From Tequatrovirus NIC06P2, in the sequence record OZ035760.1: a stretch of 64,000 nt of DNA, one strand, 5' to 3'. Positions 52,762-63,783 of this stretch are shown in pieces. The notes under the pieces are model-generated. The model worked only from the letters and a program-made list of their open reading frames with translations, was not told where the DNA came from and made no database searches. The first letter of the stretch is position 1; each line of letters starts with the position of its first letter. The position numbers and the translations under genes were made by a program.

Positions 52762-55700
52762 ATGGCCGAGATTAAAAGAAAGTTCAGAGCAGAAGATGGT
52801 CTGGACGCAGGTGGCGATAAAATAATCAACGTAGCTTTAGCTGATCGTGCCGTAGGAACTGACGGTGTTAACGTTGATTACCTAATTCAAGAAAACACAG
52901 TTCAACAATACGATCCAACTCGTGGATATTTAAAAGATTTCGTAATCATTTATGATAACCGCTTTTGGGCTGCTATAAATGATATTCCAAAACCAGCAGG
53001 AGCTTTTAATAGCGGACGCTGGAGAGCATTACGTACCGATGCTAACTGGATTACGGTTTCATCTGGTTCATATCAATTAAAATCCGGTGAAGCAATTTCG
53101 GTTAATACTGCAGCTGGAAATGACATCACGTTTACTTTACCATCTTCTCCAATTGATGGTGATACTATCGTTCTCCAAGATATTGGAGGAAAACCCGGAG
53201 TTAACCAAGTTTTAATTGTAGCTCCAGTACAAAGTATTGTAAACTTTAGAGGTGAACAAGTACGTTCAGTACTAATGACTCATCCAAAGTCACAGCTAGT
53301 TTTAATTTTTAGTAATCGTCTGTGGCAAATGTATGTTGCTGATTATAGTAGAGAAGCTGTAATTGTAACACCAGCGAATACTTATCAAGCACAATCAAAC
53401 GATTTTATCGTACGTAGATTTACTTCTGCTGCACCGATTAATATTAAACTTCCAAGATTTGCTAATCATGGCGATATTATTAATTTCGTCGATTTAGATA
53501 AACTAAATCCGCTTTATCATACAATTGTTACTACATACGATGAAACGACTTCAATACAAGAAGTTGGAACTCATTCCATTGAAGGCCGTACAACGATTGA
53601 CGGTTTCTTGATGTTTGATGATAATGAGAAATTGTGGAGATTGTTTGACGGGGATAGTAAAGCGCGTTTACGCATTATAACGACTAATTCTAATATTCGT
53701 CCAAATGAAGAAGTTATGGTATTTGGTGCGAATAACGGAACAACTCAAACAATTGAGCTTAAGCTTCCAACTAATATTTCTGTTGGTGATACTGTTAAAA
53801 TTTCCATGAATTACATGAGAAAAGGACAAACAGTTAAAATCAAAGCTGCTGATGAAGATAAAATTGCTTCTTCAGTTCAATTGCTGCAATTCCCAAAACG
53901 CTCAGAATATCCGCCTGAAGCTGAGTGGGTTACAGTCCAAGAATTAGTTTTTAATGGTGAAACTAATTATGTTCCAGTTTTAGAGCTTGCTTATATAGAA
54001 GATTCTGATGGAAAATACTGGGTTGTACAGCAAAACGTTCCAACTGTAGAAAGAGTAGATTCTTTAAATGATTCTACTAGAGCAAGATTAGGCGTAATTG
54101 CTTTAGCTACACAAGCTCAAGCAAATGTCGATTTAGAAAATTCTCCACAAAAAGAATTAGCAATTACTCCAGAAACGTTAGCTAATCGCACTGCTACTGA
54201 AACTCGCAGAGGTATTGCAAGAATAGCAACTACTGCTCAAGTGAATCAGAACACCACATTCTCTTTTGCAGATGACCTTATCATTACTCCTAAAAAGCTG
54301 AATGAAAGAACTGCTACAGAAACTCGTAGAGGTGTCGCTGAAATTGCTACGCAGCAGGAAACTAATACAGGTACTGATGATACTACAATCATTACTCCTA
54401 AAAAGCTTCAAGCTCGTCAAGGTTCTGAATCATTATCTGGTATTGTAACTTTTGTATCTACTGCAGGTGCTACTCCAGCTTCTAGCCGTGAATTAAATGG
54501 TACGAATGTTTATAATAAAAACACTAATAATTTAGTTGTTTCACCTAAAGCTTTGGATCAGTATAAAGCTACGCCTACTCAACAGGGTGCAGTAATTTTA
54601 GCAGTTGAAAGTGAAGTAATTGCTGGACAAAGTCAGCAAGGATGGGCAAATGCTGTTGTAACGCCAGAAACGTTACATAAAAAGACATCAACTGATGGAA
54701 GAATTGGTTTAATTGAAATTGCTACGCAAAGTGAAGTTAATACAGGAACTGATTATACTCGTGCAGTCACTCCTAAAACTTTAAATGGTCGTAAAGCAAC
54801 TGAAAGTTTAAGTGGTATAGCTGAAATTGCTACACAAGTTGAATTCGACGCAGGCGTCGACGATACTCGTATCTCTACACCATTAAAAATTAAAACCAGA
54901 TTTAATAGTACTGATCGTACTTCTGTTGTTGCTCTATCTGGATTAGTTGAATCAGGAACTCTCTGGGACCATTATACACTTAATATTCTTGAAGCAAATG
55001 AGACACAGCGTGGTACACTTCGTGTAGCTACACAGGTTGAAGCTGCTGCAGGAAAATTAGATAATGTTTTAATAACTCCTAAAAAGCTTTTAGGTACTAA
55101 ATCTACTGAAGCACAAGAAGGTGTTATTAAAGTTGCAACTCAGTCTGAAACTGTGACTGGAACGTCAGCAAATACTGCTGTATCTCCAAAAAATTTAAAA
55201 TGGATTGTGCAGAGTGAACCTACCTGGGCAGCTACTACTGCGATAAGAGGTTTTGTTAAAACTTCATCTGGTTCAATTACGTTCGTTGGTAATGATACGG
55301 TAGGTTCAACACAGCCATTAGAATCATATGAGAAAAATAGCTATGCAATATCACCATATGAATTAAACCGTGTATTAGCAAATTATCTGCCGTTAAAAGC
55401 AAAAGCTGTAGATAGTAATTTATTGGATGGTCTAGATTCATCTCAGTTCATTCGTAGGGATATTGCACAGACGGTTAATGGTTCACTAACCTTAACCCAA
55501 CAAACGAATCTGAGTGCCCCTCTTGTATCATCTAGTACTGCTACGTTTGGTGGTTCAGTTTCGGTAAATACATTAACTATTTCTAAAACTGGAACAGCAG
55601 CTCGTCTGATTTTTGAGAAAGGACCTCAAACTGAAACTAACCCAGCGCAGACGATGACTATCAAAGTTTGGGGAAACCAGTTTAGTGGCAGACCAGATTC

Positions 55701-56631
55701 AACGCGTTCTACTGTATTTGAAGTTGGTGATGAAACATCTCATCACTTTTATTCTCAGCGCAATACAGCTGGAAAGATATTGTTTAATATCAATGGTACT
55801 GTAATGCCGATAGATGTAAATGCTTCTGGTTCATTGAATGCGAATGGCGTTGCAACATTTGGTAATTCAGTTACTGCTAATGGAGAATTTACCAGTAAAT
55901 CAGCAAATGCTTTTAGAGCAATAAATGGAAATTACGGATTCTTTATTCGTAATGCTGGTAATGACACCTATTTTATGCTCACTGCAGCCGGTGATCAGTT
56001 TGGTGGATTTAATGGATTACGTCCATTATCAATTAATAATCAATCCGGTCAAGTTACAATTGGTGAAGGGCTTATCATTAGTAAAGGTGGAGCAACAATT
56101 AACAGCGGTGGTTTAACTGTTAACTCGAGAATTCGTTCTCAGGGTACTAAAACATCTGATTTATATACCCGTGCGCCAACATCTGATACTGTAGGATTCT
56201 GGTCAATCGATATTAACGATTCAGCCACTTATAACCAGTTCCCAGGTTATTTTAAAATGGTTGAAAAAACTAATGAAGTGACTGGGCTTCCATACTTAGA
56301 ACGTGGCGAAGAAGTTAAATCTCCTGGTACATTGACTCAGTTTGGTAACACACTTGATTCGCTTTACCAAGATTGGATTACTTATCCAACGACGCCAGAA
56401 GCGCGTACCACTCGCTGGACACGTACCTGGCAGAAAACCAAAAACTCTTGGTCAAGTTTTGTTCAGGTATTTGACGGAGGTAACCCTCCTCAACCATCTG
56501 ATATCGGTGCTTTACCATCTGATAATGCTACAATGGGAAATCTTACTATTCGTGATTTCTTACGAATTGGTAATGTTCGCATTGTTCCTGACCCAGTGAA
56601 TAAATCTGTTAAATTTGAATGGGTTGAATAA
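52762..56631 (+). CDS. 34: Long tail fibre proximal subunit gp34
   Basis: 1289 aa, same length as T4 gp34; late promoter upstream. Confidence 0.96.
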   Translation: MAEIKRKFRAEDGLDAGGDKIINVALADRAVGTDGVNVDYLIQENTVQQYDPTRGYLKDFVIIYDNRFWAAINDIPKPAGAFNSGRWRALRTDANWITVSSGSYQLKSGEAISVNTAAGNDITFTLPSSPIDGDTIVLQDIGGKPGVNQVLIVAPVQSIVNFRGEQVRSVLMTHPKSQLVLIFSNRLWQMYVADYSREAVIVTPANTYQAQSNDFIVRRFTSAAPINIKLPRFANHGDIINFVDLDKLNPLYHTIVTTYDETTSIQEVGTHSIEGRTTIDGFLMFDDNEKLWRLFDGDSKARLRIITTNSNIRPNEEVMVFGANNGTTQTIELKLPTNISVGDTVKISMNYMRKGQTVKIKAADEDKIASSVQLLQFPKRSEYPPEAEWVTVQELVFNGETNYVPVLELAYIEDSDGKYWVVQQNVPTVERVDSLNDSTRARLGVIALATQAQANVDLENSPQKELAITPETLANRTATETRRGIARIATTAQVNQNTTFSFADDLIITPKKLNERTATETRRGVAEIATQQETNTGTDDTTIITPKKLQARQGSESLSGIVTFVSTAGATPASSRELNGTNVYNKNTNNLVVSPKALDQYKATPTQQGAVILAVESEVIAGQSQQGWANAVVTPETLHKKTSTDGRIGLIEIATQSEVNTGTDYTRAVTPKTLNGRKATESLSGIAEIATQVEFDAGVDDTRISTPLKIKTRFNSTDRTSVVALSGLVESGTLWDHYTLNILEANETQRGTLRVATQVEAAAGKLDNVLITPKKLLGTKSTEAQEGVIKVATQSETVTGTSANTAVSPKNLKWIVQSEPTWAATTAIRGFVKTSSGSITFVGNDTVGSTQPLESYEKNSYAISPYELNRVLANYLPLKAKAVDSNLLDGLDSSQFIRRDIAQTVNGSLTLTQQTNLSAPLVSSSTATFGGSVSVNTLTISKTGTAARLIFEKGPQTETNPAQTMTIKVWGNQFSGRPDSTRSTVFEVGDETSHHFYSQRNTAGKILFNINGTVMPIDVNASGSLNANGVATFGNSVTANGEFTSKSANAFRAINGNYGFFIRNAGNDTYFMLTAAGDQFGGFNGLRPLSINNQSGQVTIGEGLIISKGGATINSGGLTVNSRIRSQGTKTSDLYTRAPTSDTVGFWSIDINDSATYNQFPGYFKMVEKTNEVTGLPYLERGEEVKSPGTLTQFGNTLDSLYQDWITYPTTPEARTTRWTRTWQKTKNSWSSFVQVFDGGNPPQPSDIGALPSDNATMGNLTIRDFLRIGNVRIVPDPVNKSVKFEWVE

Positions 56632-56639
56632 GAGGTATT

Positions 56640-57755
56640 ATGGAAAAATTTATGGCAGAGTTTGGACAAGGATATGTCCAAACGCCATTTTTATCGGAAA
56701 GCAATTCAGTAAGATACAAAATAAGTATAGCGGGTTCTTGCCCGCTTTCTACAGCAGGACCATACGTTAAATTTCAGGATAATCCTATCGGAAATCAAAC
56801 ATTTAGCGCAGGCCTTCATTTAAGAGTTTTTGACCCTTCCACCGGAGCATTAGTTGATAGTAAGTCATATGCTTTTTCGACTTCAAATGATACTACATCA
56901 GCTGCTTTTGTTAGTTTCATGAATTCTTTGACGAATAATCGAATTGTTGCTATATTAACTAACGGAAAGGTTAATTTTCCTCCTGAAGTAGTATCTTGGT
57001 TAAGAACCGCCGGAACGTCTGCCTTTCCATCTGATTCCATATTGTCAAGATTCGACGTATCATATGCTGCTTTTTACACTTCTTCTAAAAGAGCTATTGC
57101 ATTAGAGCATGTTAAACTGAGTAATAGAAAAAGCACAGATGACTATCAAACTATTTTAGATGTTGTATTTGACAGTTTAGAAGATGTTGGAGCTACCGGG
57201 TTTCCAAGAAGAACGTATGAAAGCGTTGAGCAATTTATGTCAGCGGTTGGTGGAACTAATAACGAAATTGCGCGTCTACCAACTTCAGCTGCTATAAGTA
57301 AATTATCTGATTATAATTTAGTTCCTGGTGATGTTCTTTATCTTAAAACACAACTATACGCTGACGCTGATTTACTTGCTCTTGGAACTACAAATATATC
57401 TATCCGTTTTTATAATTCATCTAATGGATATATTTCCTCGACACATGCTGAATTTACTGGACAAGCTGGTGTTTGGGAATTAAAGGAAGATTATGTAGTT
57501 GTTCCAGAAAACGCAGTAGGATTTACGATATATGCACAAAGAACTGCACAAGCTGGCCAAGGTGGCATGAGAAATTTAAGCTTTTCTGAGGTGTCAAGAA
57601 ATGGTAGTATTTCGAAACCCGCTGAATTTGGCGTCAATGGTATTCGAGTTAATTATGTCTGTGAATCCGCTTCACCTCCGGATATAATGGTACTTCCTAC
57701 ACAAGCATCGTCTAAAACTGGTAAAGTGTTTGGGCAAGAATTTAGAGAAGTATAA
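56640..57755 (+). CDS. 35: Long tail fibre hinge connector gp35
   Basis: 371 aa, recognised as T4 gp35. Confidence 0.95.
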   Translation: MEKFMAEFGQGYVQTPFLSESNSVRYKISIAGSCPLSTAGPYVKFQDNPIGNQTFSAGLHLRVFDPSTGALVDSKSYAFSTSNDTTSAAFVSFMNSLTNNRIVAILTNGKVNFPPEVVSWLRTAGTSAFPSDSILSRFDVSYAAFYTSSKRAIALEHVKLSNRKSTDDYQTILDVVFDSLEDVGATGFPRRTYESVEQFMSAVGGTNNEIARLPTSAAISKLSDYNLVPGDVLYLKTQLYADADLLALGTTNISIRFYNSSNGYISSTHAEFTGQAGVWELKEDYVVVPENAVGFTIYAQRTAQAGQGGMRNLSFSEVSRNGSISKPAEFGVNGIRVNYVCESASPPDIMVLPTQASSKTGKVFGQEFREV

Positions 57756-57760
57756 ATTGA

Positions 57761-57786
57761 GGGAGCCTTCGGGTTCCCTTTTTCTT
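57761..57786 (+). terminator. Intrinsic terminator after gene 35
   Basis: GGGAGCC-UUCG-GGUUCCC followed by TTTTTCTTT. Confidence 0.65.
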
Positions 57787-57794
57787 TATAAATA
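57787..57794 (+). promoter_or_regulatory. Late promoter TATAAATA upstream of gene 36
   Basis: Exact consensus directly after the gene 35 terminator. Confidence 0.6.
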
Positions 57795-57817
57795 ATATTA
57801 AAATAAAGGGGCATACA

Positions 57818-58507
57818 ATGGCTGATTTAAAAGTAGGTTCAACAACTGGAGGCTCTGTCATTTGGCATCAAGGAAATTTTCCATTGAATCCAGCCGGTGA
57901 CGATGTACTCTATAAATCATTTAAAATATATTCAGAATATAACAAACCACAAGCTGCTGATAACGATTTCGTTTCTAAAGCTAATGGTGGCACAGATTCT
58001 CAAGGTTTCCAAAAAGAAGTAGAATTTAAAAAAGGTGTTAAGATTTCTGCAACGTTTTCTGGCGGTTCAAACCTGAATGGGTTATATTCTGGCAATGGAG
58101 ATGGAGCTTCCAGAGAAAAAGCTAACATGGATTTACGTTCATGGTACGGCATTGGTATTTGGAACTCATGCACAGGTGATGGGATCCAGGGACGCACAAT
58201 CTGGTTTAATGTCAGGCGTGGTACAGTTGAAACACTTGGCGATATTGTTTCGGGCAAACAAGTTATTTCTAATGCTTCAGGACCGACCGGCCCAGCACAC
58301 TTAACTCGCAAAGATTATGTTGATGGAGCAATAAATAATGTTACAGCAAATGCGAACTCTAGAGTGTTGCGTTCTGGTGACACTATGACAGGTAATTTAA
58401 CGGCGCCAAACTTTTTCTCGCAGAATCCCGCATCTCAACCTTCACATGTTCCACGATTTGACCAAATCGTAATTAAGGATTCTGTTCAAGATTTCGGCTA
58501 TTATTAA
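57818..58507 (+). CDS. 36: Long tail fibre distal connector gp36
   Basis: 229 aa, N- and C-termini recognised as T4 gp36. Confidence 0.93.
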   Translation: MADLKVGSTTGGSVIWHQGNFPLNPAGDDVLYKSFKIYSEYNKPQAADNDFVSKANGGTDSQGFQKEVEFKKGVKISATFSGGSNLNGLYSGNGDGASREKANMDLRSWYGIGIWNSCTGDGIQGRTIWFNVRRGTVETLGDIVSGKQVISNASGPTGPAHLTRKDYVDGAINNVTANANSRVLRSGDTMTGNLTAPNFFSQNPASQPSHVPRFDQIVIKDSVQDFGYY

Positions 58508-58515
58508 GAGGACTT

Positions 58516-61500
58516 ATGGCTACTTTAAAACAAATACAATTTAAAAGAAGCAAAACCGCAGGTGCACGTCCTGCTGCTTCAGTATTAGCCGAAGGTGAAT
58601 TGGCTATAAACTTAAAAGATAGAACAATTTTTACTAAAGATGATTCAGGAAATATCATTGATTTAGGTATTGCTAAAGGCGGCCAGGTTGATGGTGATGT
58701 GACTATCAATGGTAAATTAACATTAAATGGCGCGTATGTTCAGACGCTGGCTGGTATTAATACTACGGGTGGTATTAATTCTGGGGCCGCTATAAGTGCA
58801 ACAACTTATTATGCTCGGTCTGGTTCTTTTTATGCTCGTGCTCCAGATGCCAATGCGAATACACATGTTTGGTTTGAAAATAACAATGGTATAGAACGTG
58901 GTGTGATTTGGGCTGTTCCGAACACTTCAGACCTAGGCTCGGTACGTATTCGAGCAAAAACCACAGGCGGTGTTTTCGCCGGCGAGTACAGTTTCCGCTC
59001 TGATGGCCGATTTGATGTTCCTGTAGCAGTTAAAATCGGCGGAGCAGCGATGCTAACCAAAGATGGCAACATTACCTCTGGTTCTATGTTTGGCGGTAAC
59101 CTTAACAACTATTTGACTTCTATTAAAAATGACATTGTTGCTGGTGATAATAAGAAAGTAAGTAAAACCGGTGACACGATGTCCGGCAACTTGACTATTA
59201 ACGCTAACTTAAAAGTCGAAAACTCTAATGGAACGTTTGTTGATTTAGGTTCAGAGAACTCTGATAAGTATAGCAGATTAACTCTTGCTCGTAAAATTGG
59301 CGATGGCGCTGGTGTAGCAATGCTTAAAGTTACTCCTGAAGGAAACGTGCAATTTGGTTATCAACCTACAGTTGCTACTCCATCTCCTACCAAGTATATT
59401 CTAATTAAACCTAACGGTCTTGAAGTAGAAGGTGATTTAGTTTTTAAGCAAACTTATCGTGGTGTTGAAGAAGCATTTGATATTACTGATCAGACTATTG
59501 ACCTTAATAGCCTTATTATTAGAGGATCAGATTTAGGTACTCGTAAGCTGTATAAATGCAGATCATCTGGAGGTGGTTCTAATATATTGAACAAACCTAC
59601 ATCTGACGGCAACTTTACTCTTGAAGTTCTGTCTTTACGCAAGGTTTCTGATACCGATTGGTCATGTAAGCAGACCTTTACTACAAAGAACAATAATGTT
59701 GTAGGCGTATATGTTCGCTACGGGCAAGGCGGCTCATGGTCTGCATGGCAAGAAGTTGTATCTGGCGTTCAGCCAATTAATTTAGGTGGTACTGGAGCAA
59801 CTTCTGCAGCTGCTGCCCGTAATAACCTTGGTGTTGGTGCAGGCCAAACTGTAACATTCGGTAATTTAGTTACCACCGATTTAACTGCAAACGGAAACGT
59901 TAGATTAGTTGGAAGACTGAACTTTGGTTCTAATTCTCAGTCGGCTGGTGTATTACGCGCCAACGAAGGTGGGGCTGTTGTTTTAAGTTCTGCAAGTGGT
60001 GCAAACATCCACATCAGAGCGGGCGGCGATACTTCTACTGGTGAAACTCGCTTTGAGCCAAATGGCAACGTTGTAGTTGGTGGAGCTATTACAACATCTC
60101 AGCGTATTACAGTTAATGCTGCCACCGATGCTATTGTTGTTAACGCTCCAACTCAAGCATCATCCAACTATATTCAGGGTCGTAAAGCTGGTGTCGCTAA
60201 ATGGTATGTCGGCATTGGCGATGATGGTGATGCAGTACGTCTACATAACAATGTATATTACCATGGTATTGGATTGAGCGCTGATACTGTCGATATTACC
60301 AAGCCTCTTAAAGTCGGAAATGCCAAACTAGGAACTGATGGTAATATCACCGGTGGTTCTGGCAATTTTTCTAACTTGAACACAACATTAAACCGTAAAG
60401 TTAATGTTGGTACATGGTCAGGTGTTGATAAAGTAGTAGGTTGGTACTGGTACAAATTTGCTACTGTAACAATGCCACAATCTGCATCTACCGCGCGTTT
60501 CAAAATTATCGGCGGGAATGGTTATAATGCTAATGCTCCTGAACAAGCATCTGTAAGTGAAATTGTTCTTAGAACTGGTAATAATAATCCTAAATCTATT
60601 AATGCGGTGCTGTGGTCTAGCACTAGTACCGGCCCGTCAAACATTGCTACAGTGAATACATCTGGCGATAATTATGATGTATATGTATACATGGGCAATT
60701 TTGCCCAATCTTTATTGGTTGAATATGATGCTACAGATACTCGTTATATTTCGGTAATCGGTCTTAATGGTGCATCTCAATCACCGGTAGAAGAGCTTCC
60801 TGTGAATAATGTTAAAGGTCGTGTTTTTAAACTTCTTAATAACAGCTCGGGTGTTTTTGATGCAGATAGTTCTAATATTTCTACAAACGCAACTTTTGTG
60901 GCAAATACTCCTTTAGGATTCCGTCACAAATCTAACGGCGACGAAAGTGGCTCTGCCGCTACTCTGCTTTATAATGATGGTACTACGTTCCACATATTAT
61001 TAACAGATAAAAATACCAATACTGATAGAACTAAAGCCTCTGGTTCTTATAATAGCTTGAGACCTTTTTCTATCGATATCGCTTCAGGTAAAGTAACTAT
61101 TTCACACTCTATGAGCGTTTTTGGGGTATCAGAGTTTTATACTGGCCTTAACATCAAAAATAATGGAATTAACTTTGATAAGTCTGGTGCTAACCCGAGA
61201 AACATGAGAATATTCCATGCCGGAGATGCCACACGTGGTAACCGTATTGAAATTGCTGATGATTCAAGTTATTTGGTTTATTTCCAACGTTTACCGGGCG
61301 GCGCTAACCAGTGTACATTTAACTCTGCTGCTCTTTCTGGTATAACACAGACTAACTCTTTTGGTATTAATACAACAAATGCATGGGGTGGTAACTCAAT
61401 TACAATAGGTGATAACGATACTGGTTTTAGACAAGTAGGCGATGGGCTTTTAGAAGCGTGGGCGAACAATGTTAAAGTTGTTAGATTCACCTCAGGTGAA

Positions 61501-61845
61501 GTTTATTCCGAGAAAAACGTCAACGCTCCTAATGTTTACATTCGTTCTGATGTTCGCTTGAAATCTAATTTCAAACCTATTAAAAATGCGCTCGAAAGGG
61601 TTGAGCAACTTGATGGTTTAATCTATGACAAAGCTGAATATATAGGCGGTGAACCTGCTCAAACAGAAGCGGGTATTATAGCTCAAACGTTGCAAGACGT
61701 TTTACCAGAAGCAGTCCGTGAATCAGAAGACAGCAAGGGTAATAAAATACTCACTGTTTCTTCTCAAGCCCAGATTGCTCTTCTGGTTGAAGCTGTGAAA
61801 ACACTTTCTTCTCGTGTAAAAGAACTTGAATCTAAACTTATGTAA
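58516..61845 (+). CDS. 37: Long tail fibre distal subunit gp37 with C-terminal intramolecular chaperone (peptidase S74-like) domain
   Basis: 1109 aa; N-terminal part T4-like; C-terminal about 98 aa after RSDVRLK match the self-cleaving chaperone consensus ([24 protein letters not shown]). Confidence 0.93.
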   Translation: MATLKQIQFKRSKTAGARPAASVLAEGELAINLKDRTIFTKDDSGNIIDLGIAKGGQVDGDVTINGKLTLNGAYVQTLAGINTTGGINSGAAISATTYYARSGSFYARAPDANANTHVWFENNNGIERGVIWAVPNTSDLGSVRIRAKTTGGVFAGEYSFRSDGRFDVPVAVKIGGAAMLTKDGNITSGSMFGGNLNNYLTSIKNDIVAGDNKKVSKTGDTMSGNLTINANLKVENSNGTFVDLGSENSDKYSRLTLARKIGDGAGVAMLKVTPEGNVQFGYQPTVATPSPTKYILIKPNGLEVEGDLVFKQTYRGVEEAFDITDQTIDLNSLIIRGSDLGTRKLYKCRSSGGGSNILNKPTSDGNFTLEVLSLRKVSDTDWSCKQTFTTKNNNVVGVYVRYGQGGSWSAWQEVVSGVQPINLGGTGATSAAAARNNLGVGAGQTVTFGNLVTTDLTANGNVRLVGRLNFGSNSQSAGVLRANEGGAVVLSSASGANIHIRAGGDTSTGETRFEPNGNVVVGGAITTSQRITVNAATDAIVVNAPTQASSNYIQGRKAGVAKWYVGIGDDGDAVRLHNNVYYHGIGLSADTVDITKPLKVGNAKLGTDGNITGGSGNFSNLNTTLNRKVNVGTWSGVDKVVGWYWYKFATVTMPQSASTARFKIIGGNGYNANAPEQASVSEIVLRTGNNNPKSINAVLWSSTSTGPSNIATVNTSGDNYDVYVYMGNFAQSLLVEYDATDTRYISVIGLNGASQSPVEELPVNNVKGRVFKLLNNSSGVFDADSSNISTNATFVANTPLGFRHKSNGDESGSAATLLYNDGTTFHILLTDKNTNTDRTKASGSYNSLRPFSIDIASGKVTISHSMSVFGVSEFYTGLNIKNNGINFDKSGANPRNMRIFHAGDATRGNRIEIADDSSYLVYFQRLPGGANQCTFNSAALSGITQTNSFGINTTNAWGGNSITIGDNDTGFRQVGDGLLEAWANNVKVVRFTSGEVYSEKNVNAPNVYIRSDVRLKSNFKPIKNALERVEQLDGLIYDKAEYIGGEPAQTEAGIIAQTLQDVLPEAVRESEDSKGNKILTVSSQAQIALLVEAVKTLSSRVKELESKLM

Positions 61846-61847
61846 AA

Positions 61848-61863
61848 GAGGGCTTCGGCCCTC
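61848..61863 (+). other. Hairpin GAGGGC-UUCG-GCCCUC between genes 37 and 38
   Basis: 6-bp stem with UUCG loop, no clean U-run. Confidence 0.45.
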
Positions 61864-61875
61864 TAAGGATTTTTA

Positions 61876-62658
61876 ATGGCAATTGTAGGTGTTCCTGGCT
61901 GGATTGGTGAATCTGCCGTGAATGAAACTGGACAACGTTGGATGGATGCTGCAATGAGAGCAGTTCGTGTTTCAGTTCCCGGTTGGATGAGCTCAATGGC
62001 TGGACAATCTAAAGAAATTATTCACACGCTTGGAGCAGACCATAACTTCAATGGTCAATGGTTCCGAGATAGGTGTTTTGAGGCAGGTAGTACACCTATA
62101 GTGTTTAATATTACAGGTGATTTAGTATCATATTCTAAAGATGTTCCTTTATTCTTCATGTATGGAGATACACCGAATGAATATGTTCAGTTGAATATAC
62201 ACGGCGTAACGATGTATGGACGTGGCGGTAATGGCGGTAGCAATAGTCCTGGCTCAGCTGGAGGTCATTGTATTCAAAATGATATTGGTGGGAGACTAAG
62301 AATTAATAATGGTGGAGCTATTGCTGGCGGCGGCGGTGGCGGTGGCGGCGGATATTATTCTCCTTTTTCACAAATGAGATTGACCTTTGGCGGCGGTGGC
62401 GGTCGTCCTTTTGGTGCGCCAGGCGGATCTATTGATATGCAATCAGGCGCGACTGGTGGTACTATTTCTGCACCTGGCTCAGGATCCGTGAATGGTATCT
62501 ATAATGGCGGAAACGGTGGTGAAGTAGGTTCCGCGGGAGGTAGATGCAATATTCGCGGTCAAGGATCTGAATATAATGGCGGCGCTGCTGGTTATGCTGT
62601 CATAGGGTCCGCTCCAACGTGGCAAAATGTTGGAGCAATATATGGTCCAAGAGTATAA
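61876..62658 (+). CDS. 38: gp38 receptor-binding adhesin, T2 type (glycine-rich motifs)
   Basis: 260 aa; conserved N-terminus [11 protein letters not shown], poly-Gly motifs [11 protein letters not shown] and GGGGGRPFG separated by variable segments. Confidence 0.85.
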   Translation: MAIVGVPGWIGESAVNETGQRWMDAAMRAVRVSVPGWMSSMAGQSKEIIHTLGADHNFNGQWFRDRCFEAGSTPIVFNITGDLVSYSKDVPLFFMYGDTPNEYVQLNIHGVTMYGRGGNGGSNSPGSAGGHCIQNDIGGRLRINNGGAIAGGGGGGGGGYYSPFSQMRLTFGGGGGRPFGAPGGSIDMQSGATGGTISAPGSGSVNGIYNGGNGGEVGSAGGRCNIRGQGSEYNGGAAGYAVIGSAPTWQNVGAIYGPRV

Positions 62659-62688
62659 TGTGAATAAATACCCTTAAAAGGAGGGTCT

Positions 62689-63345
62689 ATGGCAGCACCT
62701 AGAATATCATTTTCGCCCTCTGATATTCTATTTGGTGTTCTAGATCGCTTGTTCAAAGATAATGCTACCGGGAAAGTTCTTGCTTCCCGGGTAGCTGTCG
62801 TAATTCTTTTGTTTATAATGGCGATTGTTTGGTATAGGGGAGATAGTTTCTTTGAGTACTATAAGCAATCAAAGTATGAAACATACAGCGAAATTATTGA
62901 AAAGGAAAGAAATGCACGCTTTGAATCTGTCGCCCTGGAACAACTCCAGATAGTTCATATATCATCTGAGGCAGACTTTAGTGCGGTGTATTCTTTCCGC
63001 CCTAAAAACTTAAACTATTTTGTTGATATTATAGCATACGAAGGAAAATTACCTTCAACAATAAGCGAAAAATCACTTGGAGGATATCCTGTTGATAAAA
63101 CTATGGATGAATATGCAGTTCATTTAAATGGACGTCATTATTATTCCGACTCAAAATTTGCTTTTTTACCAACTAAAAAGCCTACTCCCGAAATAAACTA
63201 CATGTACAGTTGTCCATATTTTAATTTGGATAATATCTATGCTGGAACGATAACCATGTACTGGTATAGAAATGATCATATAAGTAATGACCGCCTTGAA
63301 TCAATATGTGCTCAGGCGGCCAGAATATTAGGAAGGGCTAAATAA
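62689..63345 (+). CDS. t: Holin T
   Basis: 218 aa, single TM segment, recognised as T4 holin. Confidence 0.95.
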   Translation: MAAPRISFSPSDILFGVLDRLFKDNATGKVLASRVAVVILLFIMAIVWYRGDSFFEYYKQSKYETYSEIIEKERNARFESVALEQLQIVHISSEADFSAVYSFRPKNLNYFVDIIAYEGKLPSTISEKSLGGYPVDKTMDEYAVHLNGRHYYSDSKFAFLPTKKPTPEINYMYSCPYFNLDNIYAGTITMYWYRNDHISNDRLESICAQAARILGRAK

Positions 63346-63618
63346 TTATTTGTTCGTATACATCTCTAGATATCGATATACACCCTCAAAACCCTCGTTG
63401 AATTCGTCGATGAGGGTTTTCTTATCTTCTTGAGTTAATTCAGAAACAATTTTACGGAATGAATTCTGATTTAATTTTCTACCTTCATGCGTTACTCCAA
63501 TCTCATTCAGAAATGCAATAAAATTAGCACGATTCTCAACAATATCTTCTCTGGAAAATTTAATCAAAATAGAAGCAACAGTAATAATTTCACGAACTGT
63601 ATCAATATTTTTATTCAT
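63346..63618 (-). CDS. asiA: AsiA anti-sigma-70 factor
   Basis: 90 aa, recognised as T4 AsiA. Confidence 0.95.
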   Translation of the reverse strand: MNKNIDTVREIITVASILIKFSREDIVENRANFIAFLNEIGVTHEGRKLNQNSFRKIVSELTQEDKKTLIDEFNEGFEGVYRYLEMYTNK

Positions 63619-63630
63619 TAACTATACCAC

Positions 63631-63783
63631 TCAATTAGTTGACTTTGTTATAATATCATCAGACGCTTGATTTGTAAACTGGTCTGTGTTATTTTCTTCA
63701 AAAATTTTTTCTACGAATTCCTTGAACGATTCACGTTCCTGAGCTACATTATGCTCGATTACCTTTTCAAGATTATGACTCAT
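63631..63783 (-). CDS. Possible small acidic protein (50 aa)
   Basis: Minus-strand ORF MSHNLEKVIEHNVAQERESFKEF..., below track cutoff; start overlaps the stop of the next ORF (ATGA). Confidence 0.35.
   Translation of the reverse strand: MSHNLEKVIEHNVAQERESFKEFVEKIFEENNTDQFTNQASDDIITKSTN

Noticed and set aside
57751-57758. TATAAATT near the end of gene 35
   Set aside because: One mismatch from the late consensus and placed upstream of the terminator hairpin; the exact TATAAATA at 57787-57794 is the better gene 36 promoter.
62326-62410. Short GGC/GGT tandem repeats resembling a repeat array
   Set aside because: They encode the poly-glycine motifs of gp38; no spacer-repeat periodicity and no cas genes, so not a CRISPR array.
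62659-62688. Possible late promoter (GAATAAATA) upstream of holin t
   Set aside because: Does not match TATAAATA at the first position; t may instead be read through from gene 38, so not called.
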